A stretch of 36,149 nucleotides of DNA from Octopus sinensis (GCF_006345805.1 NW_021826226.1:1-36149); one strand, 5' to 3'; shown: positions 24,245 through 35,172, counted from the first letter of the stretch. The notes: generated by a model from the sequence alone, not told the origin. Program-made: numbers and translations.

Positions 24245-24290
24245 AACACAACGTTTCGGCTGATATACCCTCCAGCCTTCATCAGGGTCT
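24245..24290 (-). ncRNA. Minimal type I hammerhead motif (family C), left arm
   Basis: Minus strand: gac-c CTGATGA A GGCTG gagggtatat CAGCC GAAA C GT T GTGTT. Core and 5-bp stem II are perfect; stem I has lost one A. Confidence 0.75.
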
Positions 24291-24336
24291 TGGGGAAATG
24301 TCCAACCTGGGTTCTCATTCCTTAGGTATATTTCGA

Positions 24337-24374
<38 letters not shown>

Positions 24375-24415
24375 TATTATTATTATTATTATTATTATTA
24401 TCATTAGTTTCCCAA

Positions 24416-24461
24416 GACACCTGATGAAGGCAGGAGGGTATATCAGCCGAAACGTTGTGTT
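24416..24461 (+). ncRNA. Minimal type I hammerhead ribozyme (family C), right arm; best-preserved copy
   Basis: GACAC CTGATGA A GGCAG gagggtatat CAGCC GAAA C GT T GTGTT. Stem I has 5 pairs (one G-U), the core is intact, stem II has one A.A mismatch, and the palindromic AACGTT forms stem III. Predicted cleavage after 24456. Confidence 0.85.
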
Positions 24462-24846
24462 AACAACAAACAAGATGAGGACAAATATCCATCAATTGTA
24501 AATAATGTAAATAATGTTGTGTTCTGTTTTATCAATTTATTTTTTGTATTTTCTATCAGAGGAATATTCGTGGAATAAATAAAGACGGTTATATCCATAA
24601 CAACATACACAACTAAAACCGCCACATAGACACAACTATAAAATCAAAACCAACTAAAAAAGACAAATATTAACCACAAAAACATTTTAGATCGGACGAA
24701 TATGATTGTTTCGGTTATAATTAAAAACCTTGATCCATTGCTGCTAACGATAAAACGCGGCAGCAACATGCAATAATCATGTCTTTATTCAGAAGATGAG
24801 TCCTAGAACGTCTTGATATGTTAATACCGTAAGAAATGTTATCTTA

Positions 24847-25048
24847 TTCTTTTACTTGTTTTAATCATTTGACTACGGCCATGCTGGAACACCGCCTTTA
24901 GTCGAACAAATTGACCCCAAGACTTATTCTTTGTAAGCCTAGTACTTATTTTATCGGCCTCTTTTGCCGAACCCTAAGTTACGGGGACGTAAACACACCA
25001 ACACCGGTTGTCAAGCGATGGTGGGGGGATAAACACAGACACACATCT

Positions 25049-25119
<71 letters not shown>

Positions 25120-25270
25120 ATATAGTATATATATATATATATTTCTTTCAGTTTCCGTCTTCCAAATCTGGTCACAAGGCTTTGGTCGGCCCGAGACTAT
25201 AGTGCCACACAGTGAGACTGAACACGGAACCATGTGGTTGGGAAGCAAGCTTCTTACCACACGCCATTCC
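24847..25270 (-). mobile_element. SINE family 1, near full length
   Basis: Head gtgtggtaagaagcttgcttcccaaccacatggttccg, internal (TA)(CA) tract, and tail ccagcatggccgtagtcaaatga. Confidence 0.88.
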
Positions 25271-25340
25271 ATTCATGGTTAATAAAATAGTATGAATAAA
25301 GTTCATACATTAAAACAAAATTTGATTACGTTTCTGTCTT

Positions 25341-25414
<74 letters not shown>

Positions 25415-25453
25415 TACATAATAATAATTATATATACATATATATGTGTGTGT

Positions 25454-25490
<37 letters not shown>

Positions 25491-25509
25491 TGCTGTAGTT
25501 ATCTATATA

Positions 25510-25576
<67 letters not shown>

Positions 25577-25939
25577 CTTATACATATACATATATAGTCT
25601 CATTGATTATAAACTTACTTTTGGCTTAGATTTCAAGTATCACCTAATGGTTTATTAGACCAGACATTTTTTGAATCAGCCTTTAGGAAAAAATTGAAGA
25701 CTTATTGGAAAGAATTTGCAAATGAGTTTGACTTACTTTACGTTTTGGCTTCCTCTATCAAAAAAATTCTGTTTTTGTTGAATTCTTCAAATTTCTTGAA
25801 AATAACAACCACAAAATTAACGTTTAAGCTCCTTGTATAGATTTTCGTTTATTCAAACGCACACACATACGTGTGTGTGAGCGTACTAGTATGTATACAC
25901 TTATATATATATGTATGTGTGTACTTATATGTATATATA

Positions 25940-25986
<47 letters not shown>

Positions 25987-26076
25987 AATATATATATAAT
26001 ATATAATATATATTATATATATATATATATATATAGATATTATATAATATATATATATATTATATAAATTATATAT

Positions 26077-26107
<31 letters not shown>

Positions 26108-26136
26108 TAATATATTGTCCATTAAGCCTCAAAAAA

Positions 26137-26174
26137 CTGTCTGATGAACGGCAACGAGAAACTCAGAGTAACAG
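26137..26174 (+). ncRNA. Minimal type I hammerhead motif (family B)
   Basis: CTGT CTGATGA ACG GCAA CGA GAAA CT CAG A GT A ACAG. Stem I is CTGT/ACAG, stem II is capped by a GNRA loop (closing pair A.A here, A-T in the other copy), and stem III is the near-palindromic ACTCAGAGT. The GUA triplet ends at 26170. Confidence 0.8.
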
Positions 26175-26225
26175 ATTTTGTTGAATTTTCTGCTGCTTAA
26201 AATAAAGTATAATATTATATATATA

Positions 26226-26265
<40 letters not shown>

Positions 26266-26341
26266 CGGAGTAAGTACATAGATGTGAAAGAAGATGGAAG
26301 AAAGAGTACTCAAATACCAGAGGTAGAGTAATATGCTTTAA

Positions 26342-26425
26342 TGAAAAGCAGCAGAAATATCACAAAAACTGTTACTCAGAGTTTCACATTCCCGTTCGTT
26401 TTTGTGATATTTCTGCTGCTTTTCA
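26342..26425. repeat. Perfect 27-bp inverted repeat (26342-26368 / 26399-26425) enclosing a truncated minus-strand family B hammerhead
   Basis: tgaaaagcagcagaaatatcacaaaaa pairs with tttttgtgatatttctgctgcttttca. The loop's reverse complement is cgaacgggaatgtgaaactctgagtaacag, with the CTG of the core lost. Confidence 0.9.
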
Positions 26426-26898
26426 ATAAAATATATTGCAATTACCGTGGAGAAAAAAATCTCTCTTATGGGGAAAAGGTGTGAAAACGCCAGATCGTTC
26501 ATATATGTATAAGCACAATTTAGGTTAGTTGAATTATGAGATGCACATATCGTCAGCCATTAAGGGACATGCTCAACTGATTAAGGTCCAAAATCTGACA
26601 AGCAAATCTGTGGTATTGAGCAGAAATATTGGCTGTATCCCATCTTTTATACCAAGACAAAACAAGTACATGATAACACTTCCAATCAGCTAAGACCAGA
26701 AACGATGACGATATATGCATCTCTGATCACGAAGTAGTGGGGAGCATCATAGCCGTGTGTTGAAAGGAATTCTGGCGTTATGTGGTGATCAGAGAATGTC
26801 TAAGAAAGAAAGTTGGAATGTCTTGGAGACGGAGAATTACATTTGCTGCTGCTAGTGCCACCGCTGCTACTCTTATTCTGGCTCATTTATGCTCATTT

Positions 26899-26920
26899 AT
26901 TATTATTATTATTATTATTA

Positions 26921-26964
<44 letters not shown>

Positions 26965-28146
26965 TTACTTTTAATCTGCATGTTACAATCACTTACCGAG
27001 ACACACCCAGCGTCCTGGGGCGAGTGAAGGATTGGAGATGTTACAGTATGCCTGCCAGCTTGGGGAGGGGAAGTGGCAGGGGCAGTAGCGAAATATCTCC
27101 ATATAATACAAGACAGATGTTTAAATGGATAGGGTTTTTTCCAGTCTGTGGACAGTACTTTTTAGCTCAATCTTTTGGGTTTCTCTGAGACATGATTCTC
27201 CTGGGATCTTATCTAGATGTTTCTGACATAATAACAAGAACAGTTCTCACTTTAAGATGCCACATCTTTTGTATTTCAATTTCCAGGTCCTTATATTTAC
27301 TTAATTTGTCAAATTCCTTTACAGATATATACTTTTGTCAGTGAGATCACTTACATCTATTTGTCTAAAAGTATGTTCTTCTCTGTCTTTAATAATTATG
27401 TCTGGTCGATTAGCCTGGATCGTTCTGCTAGTGTTGACTAGAAAATCCCAGAGAATAGTGACATTTTTACCTTCAACGACTGGCTCAGGATGATGTTCAT
27501 ACCAGTAATCAGAAGTGCCGATTTTGTAGTGTTTAATCTTTTCCAATGTAAATACTATCCTAACCTATCCTGACGATTTTTGTATTCGTTTGGTGTCAGC
27601 ACAGGACATCCTGAGACGAGATGGTCTATTGTTTCAACAAATGTATCGCAGAATCTACATTTAAGGTCAGAACCGTTTTGAAGAACATTAAACTGGTCGT
27701 CTTTTGTAAGCAAGCTTTAATCTTGTGCCGTCAATATGAATCCTTCAATCTCTGCTTTCAATCCTGAGCTTCTCAACCACTGATGGGTTGTTGCTTGGTC
27801 TACATCAGCGTTTTGACTTCAAATACTGTCCATGCAGAGGTGTCTGGTTCCACCGCACTTCAATTTGTTTCTGCTGTTCGTTTTTGCAGTTTGTTTGATC
27901 CGTTTTGCTTGTTTTGTGACAATGGTTTCAGGTTCTTCATCTAAGTCAGGGCTGATACCAAGTTCCCTTGCGAATTTGCAAGCTTTCTTGACAATAAAAT
28001 GTGATTTTTTGCTGCTTTTGGTTTTGCACACAAGCCGCAGCATCCAATCCTCTGTACTAGATAAGTACCTGTTTATTAATATTGTGGAGGTGTTATAGCA
28101 TAGTTCTACCTGCATCATTCCTCTTCCCCCATTACTTCTAGGTAGG
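26899..28146 (-). mobile_element. 5'-truncated R4/Dong-like RLE LINE with 3' UTR and (AAT)n tail
   Basis: Starts ADIDRLYLPRSNG..RGMMQVE. Continues TTHQWLRSSGLKAETEGFILTAQD, CRFCDTFVETIDHLVSGCPVL (CCHC), and WYEHHPEPVVEGKNVTILWDF...IQANRPDIIIKD...KEFDKLSKYKDLEIEIQKMW (RLE). (TTA)n tracts lie on both flanks. Confidence 0.92.
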
Positions 28147-28166
28147 TACAGACGATCAATGTCTGC

Positions 28167-28222
<56 letters not shown>

Positions 28223-28243
28223 GTTGTTGTTGTTGTTGTTGGT

Positions 28244-28424
28244 AAGGCGGCGAGCTGGTAGAATCGTTAGCACGCCGGGCAAAATGCTTTGTGGCATTTC
28301 GTTTGCCGCTACGTTCTGAGTTAAAATTCCGCTGAGGTCGACTTTGCTTTTCATCCTTTCGGGGTCGATTAAACAAGTACCAGTATGCACTGGGGTTGAT
28401 GTAATCGATTTACCCCCTCCCAAA
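28244..28424 (+). mobile_element. tRNA-derived SINE (family 2)
   Basis: ggcgagctggtagaatcgttagcac (A-box-like), tgagttaaaattcc (B-box-like), central cctttcggggtcgattaaacaagtaccag; homologous to 14369-14480. Confidence 0.8.
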
Positions 28425-28577
28425 GTCATTCACACCACAAGGTCTACCACCATCGCCACCTTCACCACGATCATAATCATCATCACCAACACCATCAAGA
28501 ACGACACAATCATCACCACCACCAGAATGACCACCACTATATCTTTTACCACAAGCGTCAGTCAGATACAGACCTCT

Positions 28578-28833
28578 CAGCTGAAAGCATGGACTAAAGC
28601 GAAATGCAGTCAGTCTAGTCATAAACTGGTGCTACAGTGCCGTACATTCCACATAGCTACTAATAGGTGCCATGCTGCTGTAGATTCTACCTAGTTGTAA
28701 ATACCACAGTGAGCTACGGGTCATCTAGTTAGGTATCATACGGAGGTACAATCCATGTAGCTGAAAGCATGTACCACCCTGAGATACAGTTCGTGTAGTT
28801 GTAACAAGGTACCACATTGTGGTACAGTCCTCC
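28578..28833 (+). repeat. Diverged tandem minisatellite, period 38 bp, 7 units
   Basis: Units start at 28578, 28616, 28654, 28692, 28726, 28758 and 28796 (lengths 38, 38, 38, 34, 32, 38, 38). Each begins (T/C)AG(T/C) and carries a GTACCAC-nnn-GTGGTAC-like core. Confidence 0.8.
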
Positions 28834-29891
28834 TAACTAGAAAGAAAAATGATATCAGATATAACTGAAAGGTACCATCATCTCATAGTCTTGAAATTAA
28901 GAAACAAAAAAAGCATAGTTCTTTAACGTAACCCAGATGGAACATGTAGAGAGGTAATTGCTTAACTACTTATAGTGCAGCACTTAGAAGTCTCAATTTA
29001 AAATCCGTTAAATGGAAACTGTCAGAAAATCTGGTAAGGAACTTCTTAAATCTATGGCCCTTCCATCTGGAGACTAAAGAGAAATGGTGAAACTATTCTA
29101 GGTGGCATATACACGTGTTCGCTTTGTGCCTTTTGTAAAGCATCTAGATGGCTGTGGTTGAAATGGCATTGCCGGTGATGAGATCAGTATGATACTGTTC
29201 GGACACTAGCTGGGACGAGATTGTATGTTGTACGTCCAGAAACAACCGTTGTTCCCAGGATACAACACTAATGACGTATCCAAGTATTGCATCTGGAGAT
29301 GTCTGCAAACCTACGCAGAAGACATACAAACATGTCAATTTTATCAGTTTTTCTGCAGATAAAAAAATTTACGAAGAACATTAATCTATTTTCCAGCATT
29401 ATTGGGGTCTCGTCAGAAGTGTCTAACATTTCTTGACTATTCACAGAGAAACAAGCACATTTTTTCTTATTAATTAGCATATAGAACAGAATGTGTTCTT
29501 TCCAGATCACACTTACCAAAGAGAGATTATAGAATTTGGTTCCAAACGTGTAAGACATCATTTCTGAAAGAAGAATTCCCTTTCATGGATACAGGTGGAG
29601 AAGTAAGGAAGATTAGGGTTGGTGACTTCCAACTGGGGATACCCTTTTGTTGTATTGTATTGGTTGCTCTATAGGCTGATGCATGGATCAGTTAACAAAT
29701 TGCATTAGCTGTCGGAGAGGAGAATTGGAACTTGGTATGGAAGATCGAGAGACGAGATAGGGGTGGGGCTAGGCTAATGTGACTTGAGCTAACTTTGACT
29801 TTCTGCTAATGACACACAGTATAGATACATAGATACATTCATAAATGTGTCTGTATGTGCATACCCATACATATCTATTTATGTATATGTA

Positions 29892-29951
<60 letters not shown>

Positions 29952-30646
29952 ACATACATACATATATATACATATAGATATATACATGCATACACACACA
30001 CACATATATATATATATACAATTACATATATGCATATATATATATATATATATGTAATATAACAACATGGCAACATGTGCGTATGTATATATATATATAT
30101 ATATACACACACATCAAACTAAGTCCATTCGGACGCTCTCCACTCACTATTAACAACAACACTGCTACGTCTCTCTGTCATTCCATCGACATACACAGAT
30201 GTTTTCATTTCCCGCCGCCCAAACTCCCCACCGCCACCGCCACCAGCTTCCATTTTTGCCGATTCACCGACGTCGCACCGCCGACCATTTCTTATCGCAA
30301 TGGTTTATTTTGCCAGTGTATACCAATTAAAATCCAATATCAGGTAATTAAATTAGCAGAGGACTGTATCGCCGTTATCGTCGTCATCACGCTTCTATTC
30401 ACAACGCTCATCAAAATCGGACTCTATTCTATATTACCACTCTCACTGAACAATAATAAACATATATAACGATAGTGTTCATGTAATATCTATGTCATGT
30501 GCTTAATTGTTAGTAGGTCTGGTCTCTCTATTCGCATATGTCTGTCTGTTTGTCTGATTGCCTGTTTTATGACTTTCTGCCATTCTTAACTAGCGAACTG
30601 CATACATATCTATTACTCCGTCAGCAGTTCTGCCTATGTCTGCTGC

Positions 30647-30743
<97 letters not shown>

Positions 30744-30977
30744 AATCCGCCTGTCTGCCTGTCTATCAGTTTGTCTGTCTAACTGACTGTCTACCTACCT
30801 CTATGTATCTATCTATTGCTTTGTCTATTTATCCATCTCCCTGTCTATAATCTCCTATAATCTATCTCTCTGAATATATACGTACATATTCCTCAGTATG
30901 TGTGTTTGAGCGCTCGTGCGTGTATGTAATCATATATATATTACACATACATAATATGCATATATATATACATATAT

Positions 30978-31069
<92 letters not shown>

Positions 31070-31595
31070 TATATATATCTACAGATTTTTATTTACACAT
31101 GTAATCTCTATCTTTTTCATTCGTTCATTTGTAAGTTGACCGCTGAAAACACTAGATAAAATTGATAACATTTCACGTTTTTGTGTCGTTTAAATTAATT
31201 TGACCATTCCGCAAATAAGTGTGCACTTATTTTCCGAAAACGGAATGTGTGGAACGGGGAGGCAATTTGGTGGTGTATTGGTTCCTCTTCCTAGCAATCT
31301 GCGAACTGTCTGTTTCACCGTAATGCTTTTTTATAGAGCTAAAAGCACTTCACCAATCACTCAATCCACTTCAAACTTTCTCGAAGTTTATTCGGACCTC
31401 TGCATTCTCTCTGTCTATTTGTCTCTCTTTGTTTCTCTATCTCTCTCTCATAATCTCCCCCTCTCTCTCTTTCTGGTTGTATATGTATCTCTCTCACTAC
31501 CTCCACCTCTTTTTCTCTCCACAGGAAAAATACGTGAGACAGATAGAAAGGGGGTTAGGGAGAAAACACGAGCCAGAGGGGAGATGGAGGTAGCC

Positions 31596-32109
31596 ACATC
31601 CATAAATCAATGGACAAAGTTGTCGACGAGGACGATGCTGTTCATTATCCTGCTGAATTCCTCAACAATCTGGAACCGTCCGGTATGCCGCCAGACAATC
31701 TTGAATTGAAGAAGGGCGCAGTCATCTTGCTTCTCAGAAACCTGGAGCAACCAAGATTGTGCAATGGTATAGATATAGTTGTGACTGAACTACAGCTCAC
31801 ATATTCGAAATAAAAATCCTCACTGGATGTGGCAAGGGAGATATTGTATTTATACCGAGAATAACCACTAATACCAACAGATGACCCCTTTCGTTTCAAA
31901 CTATTGCAATTCCCAGTGAGCGTCAGTTACGCAATGACCATTAACAAGCCCCAGGGTCAAGCACTGCAGATTGTCGGTCCCATTTAGAAGGGGGCTGTTT
32001 CTCACATGGTCAATTGTATGTAGGTTGTTTCAGGGTAGGAAGCTCACAGACACATTTATATACGCTCCAAAGAAAGAAGTTAAAAGATTGTTTATACTGA
32101 AGTTCTGTA
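31596..32109 (+). mobile_element. Helitron RepHel 3' fragment (PIF1-family helicase C-terminus), pseudogenised
   Basis: MDKVVDEDDAVHYPAEFLNNLEPSGMPPDNLELKKGAVILLLRNLEQPRLCNG...ILTGCGKGDIVFIPRI...FKLLQFPVSVSYAMTINKPQGQ...FSHGQLYVGCFRV...IVYTEVL*, read across frameshifts. Confidence 0.92.
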
Positions 32110-32243
32110 AATGTTTTATAATGTTCGTACAATACATTTCTCTATTATTACCTATATTAATTTCTGTATTTAGATATTCGAAATAAATTTTTTACATTAT
32201 GCTATGCTATGTTCAAATACCTTTTTAACATTTTTATTGTAAG

Positions 32244-32275
<32 letters not shown>

Positions 32276-32284
32276 TATATATAT

Positions 32285-32315
<31 letters not shown>

Positions 32316-32346
<31 letters not shown>

Positions 32347-32379
32347 CATACATACATACATACATACATACATACATAC

Positions 32380-32434
<55 letters not shown>

Positions 32435-32483
32435 CATACATACATACATACATACATACATACATACATACATACATACATAC

Positions 32484-32543
<60 letters not shown>

Positions 32544-32552
32544 ATAGATAGA
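32316..32552. repeat. Alternating (AGAT)n/(ACAT)n blocks
   Basis: Direct reading. Confidence 0.95.
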
Positions 32553-32632
32553 TTGATGGGGGTATATATAAACATACTTACGTACATATATGCGTGTATG
32601 CGTATATGTATGTATGCTTATATATATATATA

Positions 32633-32979
32633 GGAGTGACTGTGTGGCAAGCAGCTTGCTTACGAACCACATGGTCCCGGGTTCAGTCCTACTGCGTGAC
32701 ACCTTGGGCAAGTCTCTTCTGCTGCAGTCTCGGGCCGACCAAAGCCTTGTGAGTGGATTTGGTAGACCAAAGCCTTGTGTGTGTGTATTTGTCCCCCAAC
32801 ATCGCTTGACAACCGATGCTGTGTGCTTACGTCCCCGTAACTTAGCGGTTCGGCAAAAGATACTGATAGAATCAGTACTAGGCTCACAAAGAATAGATCC
32901 TGGGGTCGATTTGTTTGAGTAAAGGCGGTGCTCCAGCATGACGGCAGTCAAATGATTGAAATAAATAAAACAATAAAAC
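32633..32979 (+). mobile_element. SINE family 1, near full length
   Basis: gtgtggcaagcagcttgcttacgaaccacatggtcccgggttcagtcc...ctccagcatgacggcagtcaaatgattgaaata. Confidence 0.88.
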
Positions 32980-33208
32980 AATATATACTTACATACATAT
33001 ATGCGTGTATGTGTATATGTATATAAGCTTATATATATATAAGTATATGTATGTATATATGTGTGTGTATGTATGTATATATATATGTGTGGATATATTC
33101 CATTGTATATTTATTCCTGCAATCGGTTGTGTCAAACAGTGCTGTCCGACTACATAAACGAACAATAATAATAATAATTATTTTATTTTACTTAATAGTT
33201 GGGGGCAG

Positions 33209-33303
33209 CTCCATGTAACTTGAAGTTTTGTAGGACGAATCTAACTCGTCAGGCATTTCAAGATCAGGCATTTTCCGCGTACGAAACTTTAAGTTGCATG
33301 GAG
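33209..33303. repeat. 24-bp inverted repeat (33209-33232 / 33280-33303, 3 mismatches) overlapping a minus-strand hammerhead motif (family D)
   Basis: Minus strand: ATGC CTGACGA GTtAG attcgtc CTAC AAAA C TTCAA GT T ACAT. The right arm keeps the intact halves GAAAC TTTAA GT T GCAT but has no CTGANGA core. Confidence 0.75.
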
Positions 33304-33402
33304 TCGAGTGAAGCTGTCATTCAATAATACTTGTGAATCCTAACAAATGCCGAACGAGTTGCGTTCCACTTCCTTTTGTTTGTCCACACACTCGTGTATG
33401 TA

Positions 33403-33800
33403 TTGCGTTGGCAAGAAAGTGATTTCGTTTTTCGGAAATAGAGTTACGACTTTCTTAATGACTTTTGTCGATGTTATGATTTTTTTCCGTTTGTCATTTG
33501 ATAGCCGTTACTTTTAGATTACTTTAGATGTTAATTGCCAGTGATTTTCTTTACAATTGTTAGTTCTGTGCCTATTTTAACGCGGAGTGTAAAAACAAGC
33601 ATTTTCACCATATTTTGATTTTCTTTTATTTCCGTAAAGGCAACAAAGAGACGTTTATCGCGATGATTGCTTAGCAGAGCGCATTCGTCAGAAATGGTTT
33701 AAAAATTTCCGTTCTGGAGATTTTTTTAACTCAAAGATGACCAACATTCTGGTCGGTCTACTGAATCAAAGCCATAATTGAATCTGATTGTCACTCATAT
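33403..33800 (+). mobile_element. 5' fragment of another mariner
   Basis: TA followed by TIR ttgcgttggcaagaaagtgatttcgttttt. Degenerate ECKNKHFHHILIFFYFRKG...VYRDDCLAERIRQKWFKNFRSGDF..KDDQHSGRSTE..KAIIESDCH. Confidence 0.82.
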
Positions 33801-33839
33801 GTCTGAGTACTCCTAAGTCGTCTTCAACGGGAGAATCCG

Positions 33840-33891
<52 letters not shown>

Positions 33892-34153
33892 TATCTATAT
33901 ACGTCATTTTAATTATGACGTGATGCAGACAGTACACAATACATGGTGTAAAACCTGTAGCTACTTTATACTAAATTCCTTTCACATTACTCGAGTTTCA
34001 TGCCTGATGTTTGCTGTACCTCCTTACAAGTCGAAACACATGAAAAGAATTCTGTTTAAACACAATATATATGTGTGCTTGTGTATTTATATATGTATGG
34101 ATATATTTGCGTCTGTGTGAGCATGTGCGTGTATATATATATGTATCTATGTA

Positions 34154-34228
<75 letters not shown>

Positions 34229-34253
34229 TATTATCTATCTATCTATCTATCTA

Positions 34254-34319
<66 letters not shown>

Positions 34320-34789
34320 AGAAGATAGTTGTCGATCGTGTTTGCAATATGAGACGCAGCATATTGCCCTTTGTCGTAATTGTTAACAACACAAAGGTTC
34401 TCAGTTATTTCAAACATTAATATATCAACAATAACAACTACTATTATTATTACTATTAATATTGTTGTTTTTTTTGGTGGTGGTAGTGTTAATCTTATTA
34501 ACAATAAAATTGATGATGATGATGATGATAATCATAATAATAATAATAATAATAATAAATGCAGTGGTAATATAAAAAATAGTTATCACCTTCTCGTTTA
34601 CGCCTCCATCTTTGCCATGCTAACATTCCGCGCCATCACCACTAATGTCGTTATTGTTGTTATCATTTTTGCTATTGTTATCATCATCATCATCATCATC
34701 ATCATCAACATTATTATTAAAAATACTATTGGCAGTCACTATAATATTTATTGCAACAACAGTAGCAAATTGATTAATGATAACAATAA

Positions 34790-34798
34790 CGATAATTG

Positions 34799-34860
<62 letters not shown>

Positions 34861-34876
34861 TAGAAGAAGAAGAAGA

Positions 34877-34926
<50 letters not shown>

Positions 34927-34968
34927 TAATAATAATCATAATGATAATCATAATTATAATCATAATGA

Positions 34969-35009
<41 letters not shown>

Positions 35010-35172
35010 ACTATAACAGTAACGCGAGATTTCACCAGTAATTTCGCTTAAAAATCTCTAGCAAAAAAAATCACTAGAGTTGCTAAGATATTACTATTAC
35101 AACGACAACGAATACTGCTATTACTACTACAAATAACGACACCACTAGTACTACTACTACTACTACTACTAC

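Larger units (their letters stand above)
24189..24517. repeat. About 110-bp near-perfect inverted repeat (24189-24298 / 24408-24517) around a 109-nt spacer containing (TTA)n
   Basis: The reverse complement of the right arm differs from the left arm by 4 substitutions and about 2 single-nt indels in a by-eye alignment. Confidence 0.95.

Noticed and set aside
24783-24815. cagaagatgagtcctagaacgtc hammerhead-like remnant
   Set aside because: Both core strands are mutated and the stems are not recoverable.
28578-28833. CRISPR array interpretation of the 38-bp palindromic repeat
   Set aside because: The context is eukaryotic, there are no cas genes, and the whole unit is diverged rather than identical repeats with unique spacers.
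29144-29338. Minus-strand ORF with acceptor-like sequence as an upstream mGluR exon
   Set aside because: None of the three frames resembles mGluR, and no donor or phase support was found.
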